DNA from: Flavobacterium sp. SCGC AAA160-P02
GTDB taxonomy: Bacteria > Bacteroidota > Bacteroidia > Flavobacteriales > Flavobacteriaceae
Direction: 5' to 3'
NCBI GenBank assembly: GCA_949541125.1
Contig: CATISV010000162.1
Span: 1 to 49,965 of the forward strand
DNA length: 49,965 bases
The notes under the pieces were generated by a model. The model worked only from the letters and a program-made list of their open reading frames with translations, was not told the origin of the DNA and did not search any database. Below, piece by piece: positions 1 through 9,974 of this stretch (the first letter of the stretch is position 1; every line of letters starts with the position of its first letter). Position numbers and translations under genes: made by a program.

Positions 1-12
1 AATATTTAAACT

Positions 13-255
13 ATGAGTTTAGCATTATTACAAGAAGCAGCCATTAATTTTGGACCTATTGCAGCTATTGGAGCTGGGTTAGCAGCCATTGGTGGCGGTA
101 TTGGTGTAGGAAAAATTGGTGGAGCAGCGATGGAAGCAATGGCTCGCCAACCGGAAATGCAAGGAAAACTACAGGGTTCAGCAATTGTGCTTATTGCCTT
201 TATCGAGGCGGTAGCGCTTTTTGGTGTGGTTGTATCATTTCTTGTAGCATCGTAA
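13..255 (+). CDS. atpE: ATP synthase F0 subunit c
   Basis: 80-aa hydrophobic hairpin with glycine stripe GxGxG, ARQPE loop and conserved Glu (FIEA); precedes atpF. Confidence 0.97.
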   Translation: MSLALLQEAAINFGPIAAIGAGLAAIGGGIGVGKIGGAAMEAMARQPEMQGKLQGSAIVLIAFIEAVALFGVVVSFLVAS

Positions 256-259
256 AAAC

Positions 260-296
260 AAATCAAAGGTGTGGCGGTTGGTTTCACCTTTGGTTT
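260..296 (+). other. Intergenic stem-loop between atpE and atpF
   Basis: AAATCAAAGGTG (260-271) pairs with CACCTTTGGTTT (285-296) with one G-U pair, followed by a T run. Confidence 0.7.
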
Positions 297-318
297 TTAT
301 TAATTAAATAAAAAAAAT

Positions 319-813
319 ATGGATTTAATTACTCCTGAATTTGGGCTTGTTTTTTGGACAGGGATTTCTTTCTTAATCTTACTTTTTATTTTAAGAAAAT
401 TTGCCTGGACACCAATATTAAATTCAGTAAACGATAGAGAAGACAATATTAAGAAAGCATTACAAGAAGCGGATAAGGCTCGTCAAGAAATGGAGAACTT
501 AAATGCAAGCAATGAACAATTATTAAAAGACGCAAGAGCAGAAAGAGATGTGTTGATGAAAGAGGCTCGAGAGATTAAGGATAAAATTATTGCAGACGCA
601 AAAGAAGAGGCAAAGGAAGTGACTTCTAAACTTATTGAAAATGCACAAGCCTCTATAGAACAAGAAAAGCAAGCAGCTTTGGCAGAATTAAAAAAACAAG
701 TTGCAGATTTGTCAATCGGAATTGCAGAAACAGTAATTAAAAAAGAATTGACGTCTAAAGAAGATCAGCTTAAACTGGTTGATGGGATTTTAAAAGACGT
801 TACTTTAAACTAG
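319..813 (+). CDS. atpF: ATP synthase F0 subunit b
   Basis: N-terminal TM helix ending KFAW, long charged coiled coil, operon position. Confidence 0.97.
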   Translation: MDLITPEFGLVFWTGISFLILLFILRKFAWTPILNSVNDREDNIKKALQEADKARQEMENLNASNEQLLKDARAERDVLMKEAREIKDKIIADAKEEAKEVTSKLIENAQASIEQEKQAALAELKKQVADLSIGIAETVIKKELTSKEDQLKLVDGILKDVTLN

Positions 814-817
814 GAGG

Positions 818-1375
818 ATGAAGGACGCTAGGCCGGCACTACGTTACGCAAAAGCACTGTTAAACTTAGCCAAAGAAACAAAGGTAGAAACAGAGGTAAA
901 TATGGATATGCAATTAATTGCATCAACCATTACAAACAACAATGATTTGATGGTATTGCTAAATAGTCCAGTAATTAAACCTTCTGATAAGAAAAAAGTG
1001 TTAAAAAAGATGTTCTCTAACCAGATTAATGTGATCTCTTTAGGATTATTTGATTTGTTACAAGAAAATAAACGAATGAATTTGTTACTTTCTATAGCAA
1101 AGCAGTACTCAATAATTTTTGACTTTTTAAAGAGAGTTCAGATTGCTAAAGTAACAACAGCGGTTCCATTAACGGAACAATTAGAAAACAAAGTAATGGA
1201 TAAGATTGTTGAACTAACAGGCAACAAAGCAAATCTAGAAAACATTATAAATCCAGCCATTTTAGGAGGATTTATATTACGGGTTGGAGATGTGCAGTAC
1301 GACGCAAGTATTTCGAACCATTTAAATGAATTAAGAAAGGAATTTGACAATAGTCATTATATTCCAAAAATTTAA
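818..1375 (+). CDS. atpH: ATP synthase F1 subunit delta
   Basis: RYAKAL start, ILGGFILRVGD...DASI C-terminus. Confidence 0.97.
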   Translation: MKDARPALRYAKALLNLAKETKVETEVNMDMQLIASTITNNNDLMVLLNSPVIKPSDKKKVLKKMFSNQINVISLGLFDLLQENKRMNLLLSIAKQYSIIFDFLKRVQIAKVTTAVPLTEQLENKVMDKIVELTGNKANLENIINPAILGGFILRVGDVQYDASISNHLNELRKEFDNSHYIPKI

Positions 1376-1396
1376 TTATACATCAAATTATAAAAG

Positions 1397-2974
1397 ATGG
1401 CAGCAATTAAACCCGCTGAAGTTTCAGCAATTTTAAAGCAACAATTAACAAATTTCGACGCAAATGCATCCTTGGCAGAAGTAGGGAGTGTTTTACAAGT
1501 AGGAGATGGAATCGCTCGTGTATACGGATTGTCTAACGTGCAATATGGTGAATTGGTTGAGTTTGAAAATGGTCTAGAAGGAATTGTATTAAATTTAGAA
1601 GAAGATAATGCCGGAGTTGTATTATTAGGAGCTTCTACTTCAATTAAAGAAGGGTCAACTGTAAAAAGAACCAAAACAATAGCCTCTTTAAGAGCAGGAG
1701 AAGGAATTGTTGGGCGAGTTGTAGATACCTTAGGAAACCCAATTGATGGAAAAGGACCTGTTGAAGGGAAAACCTATCAAATGCCTTTAGAGCGAAGAGC
1801 TCCTGGGGTTATTTATCGTGAGCCGGTAACAGAACCATTACAAACAGGTATAAAGTCTATAGATGCTATGATTCCTATAGGAAGAGGACAAAGAGAGTTA
1901 ATTATTGGAGATCGTCAAACAGGAAAATCGACAGTTGCTTTAGATACAATTTTAAATCAAAAAGAGTTTTATGATGCTGGTAAACCCGTTTATTGTATTT
2001 ATGTTGCTATTGGTCAGAAAGCCTCTACAGTTGCTGCAATTGCAAATATGCTAGAAGAAAGAGGAGCTTTGGCATATACAACGATTGTTGCTGCAAACGC
2101 CTCAGACCCAGCAGCGATGCAAGTATATGCTCCTTTTGCTGGCGCAGCCATTGGAGAATATTTTAGAGATTCTGGAAGACCCGCTTTGATTATATATGAT
2201 GATTTATCAAAACAAGCAGTTGCTTACCGTGAAATTTCCTTGTTATTAAGGAGGCCACCAGGACGTGAAGCTTATCCAGGAGACGTGTTTTATCTTCACT
2301 CAAGGTTATTGGAAAGATCAGCAAAAGTTATTAATGATGATAAAATTGCTAGCGAAATGAATGATTTACCTGATGATTTAAAAAGTATTGTAAAAGGAGG
2401 GGGGTCTTTAACTGCCTTACCAATAATTGAAACACAGGCAGGAGATGTGTCAGCCTACATTCCAACGAATGTTATCTCTATTACAGATGGACAAATTTTC
2501 TTAGACGGAGATTTATTTAACTCAGGAGTTCGTCCTGCGATAAATGTAGGAATTTCAGTTTCTCGTGTAGGAGGAAATGCCCAAATTAAATCAATGAAGA
2601 AAGTTTCAGGAACGTTAAAATTAGATCAAGCACAGTATCGTGAATTGGAAGCGTTTGCTAAGTTTGGTTCAGACCTTGATGCTGCAACGATGAATGTAAT
2701 TGAAAAAGGAAAGCGAAATGTTGAAATTCTAAAACAAGCTCAAAACGACCCTTTTACCGTTGAAGATCAGATAGCGATCATTTATGCAGGTTCAAAAAAC
2801 TTATTAAATGATGTACCAGTTCATAAAGTGAAAGAATTTGAAAGAGATTATATTGATTATCTAAATGCAAAACATAGAGATGCTTTAGATATTTTAAAAT
2901 CAGGAAAATTGACGGATGAAGTAATTGCTACACTAAAAAATGTAGCACAAGAATTATCAACAAAATTTGCTTAG
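1397..2974 (+). CDS. atpA: ATP synthase F1 subunit alpha
   Basis: GDRQTGKS P-loop, [36 protein letters not shown]. Confidence 0.99.
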   Translation: MAAIKPAEVSAILKQQLTNFDANASLAEVGSVLQVGDGIARVYGLSNVQYGELVEFENGLEGIVLNLEEDNAGVVLLGASTSIKEGSTVKRTKTIASLRAGEGIVGRVVDTLGNPIDGKGPVEGKTYQMPLERRAPGVIYREPVTEPLQTGIKSIDAMIPIGRGQRELIIGDRQTGKSTVALDTILNQKEFYDAGKPVYCIYVAIGQKASTVAAIANMLEERGALAYTTIVAANASDPAAMQVYAPFAGAAIGEYFRDSGRPALIIYDDLSKQAVAYREISLLLRRPPGREAYPGDVFYLHSRLLERSAKVINDDKIASEMNDLPDDLKSIVKGGGSLTALPIIETQAGDVSAYIPTNVISITDGQIFLDGDLFNSGVRPAINVGISVSRVGGNAQIKSMKKVSGTLKLDQAQYRELEAFAKFGSDLDAATMNVIEKGKRNVEILKQAQNDPFTVEDQIAIIYAGSKNLLNDVPVHKVKEFERDYIDYLNAKHRDALDILKSGKLTDEVIATLKNVAQELSTKFA

Positions 2975-2999
2975 AATCTAGGCCCTCAAAGATTAACAG

Positions 3000-3860
3000 A
3001 TGGCAAACTTAAAAGAAATACGTAATAGGATATCCTCGATTAAATCGACGATGCAAATTACAAGTGCCATGAAAATGGTATCGGCAGCAAAGCTGAAAAA
3101 AGCACAAGACGCCATTACAGCGATGCGCCCATATTCCTCTAAATTAACAGAACTATTGCAAAATTTGAGTGCCACACTTGATGCAGATGCTGGAGGTGAT
3201 TATTCTAAACAACGAGAGGTTTCAAATGTATTGTTAGTGGTTATTACTTCCAACAGAGGTTTGTGTGGAGGGTTTAACTCCTCGATTATTAAAGAAACCA
3301 TCAAGAAAATCGAATCAAATTATCAGGAAGTTCATGTTGACCTTCTTACAATTGGTAAAAAAGGAAACGATATTTTGTCAAAAACCTATTCAGTTATTGA
3401 AACAAGAAATGATCTTTTTGATAACCTAACATTTGAAAATGTTGCTGAAGTGGCTGAGAAAATAATGAATTTATATGTTACTGGAGCATATGATAAAATA
3501 GAAATCATTTACAACAGATTTAAAAATGCTGCAACTCAAATTCCGCAGGTAGAACAATTTTTACCGATTAAGCCCCTGGAAGGAAAAACAAACTCAAATG
3601 TAGACTACATCTTTGAGCCCTCTAAAGAAGGCATTGTTTTAGAATTAATTCCAAAATCATTGAAAACACAACTCTATAAATCTGTAAGAGATAGTTTTGC
3701 TGCAGAACACGGAGCGCGTATGACTGCTATGCATAAAGCGACAGACAACGCTACAGAGCTACGCGACGAGTTATTACTAACCTATAATAAAGCGCGTCAA
3801 GCCGCAATTACCAACGAGATTTTAGAAATTGTTGGAGGGGCAGAGGCGTTAAAGAATTAA
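3000..3860 (+). CDS. atpG: ATP synthase F1 subunit gamma
   Basis: ITSAMKMVSAAK, RGLCGGFN, RQAAITNEILEIVGGA. Confidence 0.99.
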   Translation: MANLKEIRNRISSIKSTMQITSAMKMVSAAKLKKAQDAITAMRPYSSKLTELLQNLSATLDADAGGDYSKQREVSNVLLVVITSNRGLCGGFNSSIIKETIKKIESNYQEVHVDLLTIGKKGNDILSKTYSVIETRNDLFDNLTFENVAEVAEKIMNLYVTGAYDKIEIIYNRFKNAATQIPQVEQFLPIKPLEGKTNSNVDYIFEPSKEGIVLELIPKSLKTQLYKSVRDSFAAEHGARMTAMHKATDNATELRDELLLTYNKARQAAITNEILEIVGGAEALKN

Positions 3861-4099
3861 AAAACAATCGATTTTTATTGTTTGTTTTTTATCTTATTTT
3901 CATCTTGCTGCATATTTTGGAATTATAGTAGCACAGCAAAAGATAAAATATATATCCACTAAAAAATAACGGAAGCACTTTAAACCTCCTTCAATCCCTA
4001 TTTTTACAAGGCCTTCGAAATATTTAAAAGTACTACAGCTTTTTCTCTCAAGATAAAATTGTACAACTATCAAGTCTTATTGTATGCTAGTTTCTTTTT

Positions 4100-4114
4100 T
4101 GGCATGCAATTTGA
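4100..4114 (+). promoter_or_regulatory. Putative sigma54 (RpoN) -24/-12 promoter
   Basis: TGGCATG-CAAT-TTGA has the exact spacing of TGGCACG-N4-TTGC (GG 4101-4102, GA 4113-4114), 33 nt before the ATG at 4148. Confidence 0.6.
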
Positions 4115-4147
4115 AAGACCATAAATATACACCAAACAAGAAAGCAA

Positions 4148-5071
4148 ATGAAACCTATTAAATTACTTTTAGTTATACTTCTAAGTGGTGCTCTTTTCAG
4201 TTCATGCTCTGTAATAATAAATGACAATTTAGACAATACAATTAGCCTGGATGAATTAATGTCAAGTTACGATTTATGGTATGTAGATATTCATAGAACT
4301 TCTGGGAGTGGAGATGTCCCTTTTGTATCTATGGCCTTTACCTTATCATTTATAAACGGTAATATGTACGCTAACAATAATATTGTAGATATTGGTTTAA
4401 CAGGTAATGGACTTGGAATTATTGTTGGAAGCTATAACACTTATGGAGGGTTTTTAGAAACGTTTCATGATATAGATGGAAGATATGATTTTGAGGTTGT
4501 ACAAGTATCATTAAATGAAATAAGAATCTACGATACGTTCCAAAATGTAAGTTATGTATTGGTTGGTTACCAAAGAAATAATTTTGATTATGACATGTTG
4601 TTCTACGATAATATAGAATATTTTTTACAAGAGTATAATGCTTGGGAAAGATCAGCAATTAGCACAACAGGTTCACCAAACCCTTTTGATAATGAACATT
4701 ATTTGCAATTTACTCCAGAAAATAATACTACATTTTTTTCATCACAAGATGCTTTGGGTTTAAGTATTGATCAATTATTGTGGGATTTTACTGGGAATTA
4801 TGAAGTCTTTGATGTTGTAGGATATAGTGACTTAAAAGTTTTAACACTTAACTATGATATGGGGTATATAGAAGAGTTTGAATTACGCGTCATAAACGAT
4901 CAGAGAATAGAATTGTTTCATATAAGTTCTGAAAGAAGTTATCAGTTTTCAGGAAGAGGGTTTATCCAGCTTTTAAGAGGCGAAAACAGACCTGATTCTG
5001 TTTCAATGAATGTTGGAAGGAAACGAACAAAAATAGTGAGAAAGAAAAAACAAAAAATGAATTTAAAATGA
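4148..5071 (+). CDS. Conserved flavobacterial lipoprotein of unknown function (two beta-rich lipocalin-like halves)
   Basis: Signal peptide with lipobox FSS-C; beta-rich acidic body; basic C-terminal tail; no nucleotidyltransferase HxGH motif. Confidence 0.75.
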   Translation: MKPIKLLLVILLSGALFSSCSVIINDNLDNTISLDELMSSYDLWYVDIHRTSGSGDVPFVSMAFTLSFINGNMYANNNIVDIGLTGNGLGIIVGSYNTYGGFLETFHDIDGRYDFEVVQVSLNEIRIYDTFQNVSYVLVGYQRNNFDYDMLFYDNIEYFLQEYNAWERSAISTTGSPNPFDNEHYLQFTPENNTTFFSSQDALGLSIDQLLWDFTGNYEVFDVVGYSDLKVLTLNYDMGYIEEFELRVINDQRIELFHISSERSYQFSGRGFIQLLRGENRPDSVSMNVGRKRTKIVRKKKQKMNLK

Positions 5072-5116
5072 TGTTTGGTTAGTTAATTTTAGTTGGTTAG
5101 GCTTATATAACCAATT

Positions 5117-5151
5117 AAAAAAAGCCGCTCTACTTTAAGAGCGGCTTTTTT
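5117..5151. terminator. Intrinsic terminator, probably bidirectional
   Basis: AAGCCGCTCT/AGAGCGGCTT perfect stem flanked by A and T runs. Confidence 0.9.
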
Positions 5152-5217
5152 CTTTTTTTTAAAATTTAGAATGACACAATATCAAAAATTCTGTTATCTT
5201 TAAAAAAAACAAATAAT

Positions 5218-5985
5218 ATGGGTTTAACTGTCTTTATAACCGGAGCAACCTCAGGAATAGGAAAAGCTACGGCCGAGTTCTTGGCAAAGAAGAACTATCG
5301 ATTGATTCTATGTGGAAGGAGAAAAGAACGTCTTTCTCAACTACAAAATGATTTAGGAAGTTTCACCGATCTAATAACCCTACAGTTTGATGTAAGGATT
5401 AAAAAAGAGGTTTTTGCTGCCATAGAAAGTCTACCCGAAAACTTTAGACAAATAGATGTTTTGATAAACAATGCAGGAAACGCGCATGGATTGAGCTCTA
5501 TTCAGGAAGGGGATACTGATGATTGGGATGCAATGATGGACATTAATGTTAAAGGACTATTGTACGTGTCTAAAGCAATCATACCTTATATGATACAGAG
5601 AAATGCTGGTTTTATTGTTAATATTGGTTCTGTAGCTGGAAAAGAAGTATATCCTAATGGAAATGTTTATTGTGCTTCAAAGTTTGCTGTGAATGCGCTT
5701 AACAAGTCGATGAGACTAGATTTAAATGACTATAATATAAGGGTAAGTGCGATTCATCCCGGTATGGTAGAAACAGAGTTTTCAGAAGTTCGATTTAAAG
5801 GAGATGTTGAGAGAGCAAAAAAAGCATATGCTGGCTACAAAGCCTTAGAAGCAATTGATATTGCAGAGATTATCTATTTTGTAATCAGTAGGCCATATCA
5901 TGTCAATATTGAGGACCTTGTTGTTTACCCAACCGCGCAGGCGAGCACAACAATTTTAAAAAAAAAGAATGACGAAGTGTTCTAA
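5218..5985 (+). CDS. SDR family NAD(P)-dependent oxidoreductase (YdfG-like)
   Basis: TGATSGIG, NNAG, YCASK motifs. Confidence 0.92.
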   Translation: MGLTVFITGATSGIGKATAEFLAKKNYRLILCGRRKERLSQLQNDLGSFTDLITLQFDVRIKKEVFAAIESLPENFRQIDVLINNAGNAHGLSSIQEGDTDDWDAMMDINVKGLLYVSKAIIPYMIQRNAGFIVNIGSVAGKEVYPNGNVYCASKFAVNALNKSMRLDLNDYNIRVSAIHPGMVETEFSEVRFKGDVERAKKAYAGYKALEAIDIAEIIYFVISRPYHVNIEDLVVYPTAQASTTILKKKNDEVF

Positions 5986-6835
5986 CATTATAGCGGGGTG
6001 TATGTCATGGGGGAAATGGGGAAAACAATTTTCAATTCGAGAAATGATTACTCAAATACAAATAACTCTAGAGGCAGGAATTACATCCTTTGATCACGCA
6101 GATATTTATGGAGATTATACAACAGAACAAGAATTTGGCATTGCCTTTTCTAAAAGCGGAATAGAAAGAGAGTCGATTCAATTAATTTCTAAATGTGGAA
6201 TTCAACTTGTTAACAATGCTAGAAAGACCAAAACTAAACATTACAACACCTGTAAAGATTATATTATTTGGAGTGTAGAACAATCTCTTAATAATTTACA
6301 AACAGAGTATTTAGACCTTTTATTATTGCACAGACCAAGTCCTTTGATGGATCCAAAAGAAATATCAGAAGCAATTTATCAATTAAAAGAAAGAGGAAAA
6401 ATCTTAGATTTTGGAGTTTCTAATTTTACACCTTCACAAGTCCATTTACTTCAAAAATCAATACCTGTTTCTGTGAATCAAATAGAGTTTTCTTTAACAC
6501 AGCATGAAGCAATGCAAAATGGCTTGCTAGATCAATTGCTAAAAGATGAAATTACACCGATGTCATGGAGCCCATTAGGGAGTTATTTCAAAGAAAATAA
6601 TAAAGCAAATCAACGTATCAAAAAAGCTTTGGAGAAGCTCGCTAAAAAATATAAAGTAACGGAGGCTCAGTTATTATTAGCCTGGATTCTGAATCATCCT
6701 TCGCAAGTTATTCCAGTCATCGGAACAACCAACAAAAAGAGAATAAAAAATGCGGTAGAATCTCTTGAGATTGATTTAGCATTAGAAGACTGGTTTTTGT
6801 TGTTAGAGCGGTCTCAAGGTCACCCTGTTTTGTAA
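5969..6835 (+). CDS. Aldo/keto reductase (YdhF-like)
   Basis: FDHADIYG, SKCG, LLLLHRP, GVSNF, WSPLG. Confidence 0.92.
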   Translation: MTKCSNIIAGCMSWGKWGKQFSIREMITQIQITLEAGITSFDHADIYGDYTTEQEFGIAFSKSGIERESIQLISKCGIQLVNNARKTKTKHYNTCKDYIIWSVEQSLNNLQTEYLDLLLLHRPSPLMDPKEISEAIYQLKERGKILDFGVSNFTPSQVHLLQKSIPVSVNQIEFSLTQHEAMQNGLLDQLLKDEITPMSWSPLGSYFKENNKANQRIKKALEKLAKKYKVTEAQLLLAWILNHPSQVIPVIGTTNKKRIKNAVESLEIDLALEDWFLLLERSQGHPVL

Positions 6836-6975
6836 AATGATTACCAAAAGACCTTAATTAAAAACCCATTTAGCTATAGTGACGAGAATAGTTTTTATTA
6901 TAAGAAACGAAACCTGACTTTTACAAGAAAATAAACCATACCCACTACCAAGAAAGTGAAATATAGTTAAGTTAA

Positions 6976-7767
6976 TTACTCTACATTAAAAGAACTAATT
7001 GAAGATGTTTTTGCTTGGCCGCTGATGATGACCCGATCTTTTTTATTTAGGCAATTTAATAGCCCTCCTCTTTCAGAAAGTTGTATAGCAGAAAGCTTGA
7101 TTTTGTTTAGTCTCTTTGACCAAAAAGGAACTAAAGAGCAGTGTGCTGATCCTGTAACAGGATCCTCTAAAATCGATGCCTGAGGGGTAAAAAACCTTGA
7201 TACAAAATCACAATCACGCCCTTTGGCAGTTACAATAACACCTCCTGGATTAATATTTATTTGATCAAACTCCTGTCTGTTGATTTTAATTTTTTTGATT
7301 TCCTCTTCCGTATCATAAACTAAAACATAATCTCTTGATTTATAGACTTCTTTTGGAAGAATATTTAATGACTTTTCAATATTTGTAGGTAGCTTTGAAA
7401 CGAGAGGCATTCTAGAAGGAAGGTTTAACGAATAGAACCCATTTTCTATTAAAACAGGTAGCTCTCCACTTAAGGTTTCAAAAACAATTTCATTTGAAGG
7501 GTAATCTAAGATTGTTTTTAAACAATGTGCCGTCGCAAGTGTTGCATGACCACATAAATCCATTTCAATTTCTGGAGTAAACCAGCGCAATAGTATTTTA
7601 GCCCCTTTGTCAATAAAAAAAGCAGTCTCTGGAACCGCATTTTCTTTTGCTATTTGCAAAAGAAGGTCGTCTGAGAGCCATTCATCTGTTAAAGGGACAA
7701 TACAGGCAGGGTTTCCAGCAAAAACATCATTTGTAAAAGCGTCTATTTTATAAAGGTTGAGTATCAT
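6976..7767 (-). CDS. PhzF-family isomerase/epimerase
   Basis: DAF..FAGNPA, ETAF, EMDLCGHAT, EDPVTGSAH. Confidence 0.93.
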   Translation of the reverse strand: MILNLYKIDAFTNDVFAGNPACIVPLTDEWLSDDLLLQIAKENAVPETAFFIDKGAKILLRWFTPEIEMDLCGHATLATAHCLKTILDYPSNEIVFETLSGELPVLIENGFYSLNLPSRMPLVSKLPTNIEKSLNILPKEVYKSRDYVLVYDTEEEIKKIKINRQEFDQININPGGVIVTAKGRDCDFVSRFFTPQASILEDPVTGSAHCSLVPFWSKRLNKIKLSAIQLSERGGLLNCLNKKDRVIISGQAKTSSISSFNVE

Positions 7768-8624
7768 TTTTTATTTAATAACTGTTGCCAAAATAAACGG
7801 GTCTGTTCAATATAATTATCATTGTTTTTGTTTTTTGCCCATTTATTAGCTGTTTTTACGGCAGCTAACGCTGCTCTATGATCCCCATTTTTCTCTAGTA
7901 TTTTTGCTTTTAGCAAACCATATCTAAAGTTTTGAGGACTTTTGTACAGCGCCTTATTGATAAAAATAAGGGCATCATTTAAATCCTTATCATTATTACT
8001 ATAGTATTGTGCTACTTCAAAATAGGTTCTGGGAGAAATCGTTTCTGGATTTTTCAAAAACGCTGCCATTTGTTTCTCAATTTTGGAGTCTACCTCAAAC
8101 TCTATAGGAATAGAAACTAATGTATTTTCCCAAAGCATCTGAAGATTTAATGAGTTTGATTTGAGGTCTGTAAATTGTATTGTAAAAGTCTCAACATACT
8201 TATCAATTGTAATGGGTTTTATAGTAAATCTAAAGACATCTTTTTGTGGATTGTACGCTTTACCGGAGAGACTTCTCAGCTTTGTGTTTGAGTGAATGAT
8301 GATTGTCCAAATCTCTTTCCTTGGGATGGTATAGATGGCATACGTACCTGCTTCAATGTATTGATTCGCAATCTTTGCCGACTCTTGTAAGGTGATTTTG
8401 GTAGAAGCATTTGCACCTGTTCTCCAAATTTTGTTGTAGGGGACTAGATTACCAAAGATAATCCTTTCTTTTGCCGAGGGTCTAGAATACTCTAAAGTAA
8501 CTTTGGTTAGGCCTATTTCTTGAGAAATTGTACTAAAAGGGCTCAGGGTAGGAGTTTTTAGCTGTTGGCCATAACCAAAAGAAATAGTTAAAAACACGAA
8601 TAGTAAAGGATAGAGATATTTCAT
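7764..8624 (-). CDS. DUF2911 domain protein with C-terminal TPR-like helices
   Basis: Signal peptide, YSRPS..R.IFG.LVPY..WRTGAN signature. Confidence 0.9.
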   Translation of the reverse strand: MKYLYPLLFVFLTISFGYGQQLKTPTLSPFSTISQEIGLTKVTLEYSRPSAKERIIFGNLVPYNKIWRTGANASTKITLQESAKIANQYIEAGTYAIYTIPRKEIWTIIIHSNTKLRSLSGKAYNPQKDVFRFTIKPITIDKYVETFTIQFTDLKSNSLNLQMLWENTLVSIPIEFEVDSKIEKQMAAFLKNPETISPRTYFEVAQYYSNNDKDLNDALIFINKALYKSPQNFRYGLLKAKILEKNGDHRAALAAVKTANKWAKNKNNDNYIEQTRLFWQQLLNKK

Positions 8625-8711
8625 GACACTAAATTTAGTAAATTAAAAACAAATTTTTTTAGAGCAAGCTTTTTACTTATGGGCCTAATAAAAACACACT
8701 TTTTAGTATAT

Positions 8712-9167
8712 CTATTTTTTATTAGTGCGTTCAAATTTTATTTTTCTAACCCCATGATTAGTGTCCCACTGCTTCACTTCTTTGAAATTAAATTTTTTAT
8801 ACAACGCGGAAGCAGGACTATTTAAAAGGCCCGTTTCAACCGTAAATGATTCTGAATCAAAGGTACTGATTACAAATTGCATTAATTTAGTTGCAATTCC
8901 CTGTCTGAAAAACTTAGGAGCAACGACAAGACTATTTATATGCGTATTATTCTTGTTATGACTTATTTCAACCACCCCAGCTATTTCTTGGTTTTTCATA
9001 TACCCAAAAAAAATAGTATTACTTTCTATATAACTTTCTAGTGTCCTTTGTAAAGGGGGAAAATCTATAGCATTTAATAATTCCGCCTCTACAGCATATG
9101 AGACTTGAAAAACAGTGCGCATTTTTTGTGAAGTATCCTTGTCTTTGTTTCGAAGCTTTTTAATCAT
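8712..9167 (-). CDS. GNAT family N-acetyltransferase
   Basis: LVV.P.FFRQGIA acetyl-CoA motif, N.PA..LYKK.NF. Confidence 0.9.
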   Translation of the reverse strand: MIKKLRNKDKDTSQKMRTVFQVSYAVEAELLNAIDFPPLQRTLESYIESNTIFFGYMKNQEIAGVVEISHNKNNTHINSLVVAPKFFRQGIATKLMQFVISTFDSESFTVETGLLNSPASALYKKFNFKEVKQWDTNHGVRKIKFERTNKK

Positions 9168-9466
9168 ACTTGAAAAGAGATTTATTTTAGGTAAAATTTA
9201 TAGCTATACGATATACATTTTTTATTTCTGGTAGAATAAAAGCAGCAATCTCCAACCTCTTCTTATTCTTTAACTTATAAGACAAGTTGATAAACAATAA
9301 GAAAGCATTATTCAAACAAAAACATAAGAATCCCAATCAGTTGCAACTCATACGTCTGTTTTTGACTTCATGAAACCGAACTTTATAAAAAAGGCTCTTC
9401 ATTTTTTAATCAACAAGCATTAATTATAAAAAAAAGCAATTAAGGACTTATAGATAAAGAAATTGT

Positions 9467-9796
9467 TTATTCAGCCATCTCTTTTGGGTCATCACCATAT
9501 TTATTGCTCCCCGAATCTCCGTTCGTGACGGCTAGAATAAAATTATATATTGGGATTAAAAGAAACCAACCACTTTTTCCTACATCATGCATTCTTCTGA
9601 CTCCGACAGCAATTGAAGGAATTAATACCCCTATGGAATAAATATTCCCTAAGACTGTCAACTCGGTTAGCCCTCCAATAAAACCAATAATAAATGAGAC
9701 AATAGTATTAAATAATACAAAGTACCAATACTCACTTCTCCTTGCTCGTCCACTAAATGTGGCATAATTCTTTAAAACGTTAAAATAGTAATTCAT
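9467..9796 (-). CDS. DUF805 (YhaH-like) membrane protein
   Basis: FSGRARRSEYW, VRRMHDVGKSGW, NKYG.DP. Confidence 0.95.
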   Translation of the reverse strand: MNYYFNVLKNYATFSGRARRSEYWYFVLFNTIVSFIIGFIGGLTELTVLGNIYSIGVLIPSIAVGVRRMHDVGKSGWFLLIPIYNFILAVTNGDSGSNKYGDDPKEMAE

Positions 9797-9810
9797 AATT
9801 TTTGTTTAAT

Positions 9811-9870
9811 CTACCTACTCGTATGGCTTTTCGGTGTCGCCCCGTTTTTGTGGTTTCTGGCCTCCACTTT
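9811..9870 (-). ncRNA. Structured 5'-UTR RNA, probable DUF805-type RNA motif
   Basis: GC-rich island GUGG-AGGCCAGAAA-CCAC / CGG-GGCGACA-CCG / GCCAUACGAGUAGGU just upstream of a DUF805 gene; the loops carry complementary GCC/GGC. Confidence 0.65.
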
Positions 9871-9974
9871 TATTGTAAAAAAGGCAAGGAACTAAGCTTA
9901 CCAATTTGAATCAAAAGTAATTTTTTTTGAGATAAATTTTAAAACATAAATAAAGCACTCAAAAAATGAGTTTT

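Noticed and set aside
3890-3952. Imperfect inverted repeat after atpG
   Set aside because: Bulged AT-rich stem; at most a weak terminator, with no second copy seen
3000-4147. No atpD/atpC after atpG
   Set aside because: A split atp operon is normal in Bacteroidota
4148-5071. Nicotinate-nucleotide adenylyltransferase label that I recall being applied to this family
   Set aside because: It is a lipoprotein with no HxGH motif
9187-9402. 72-codon minus-strand frame with one internal stop
   Set aside because: No recognisable family; could be chance. blastx would be needed
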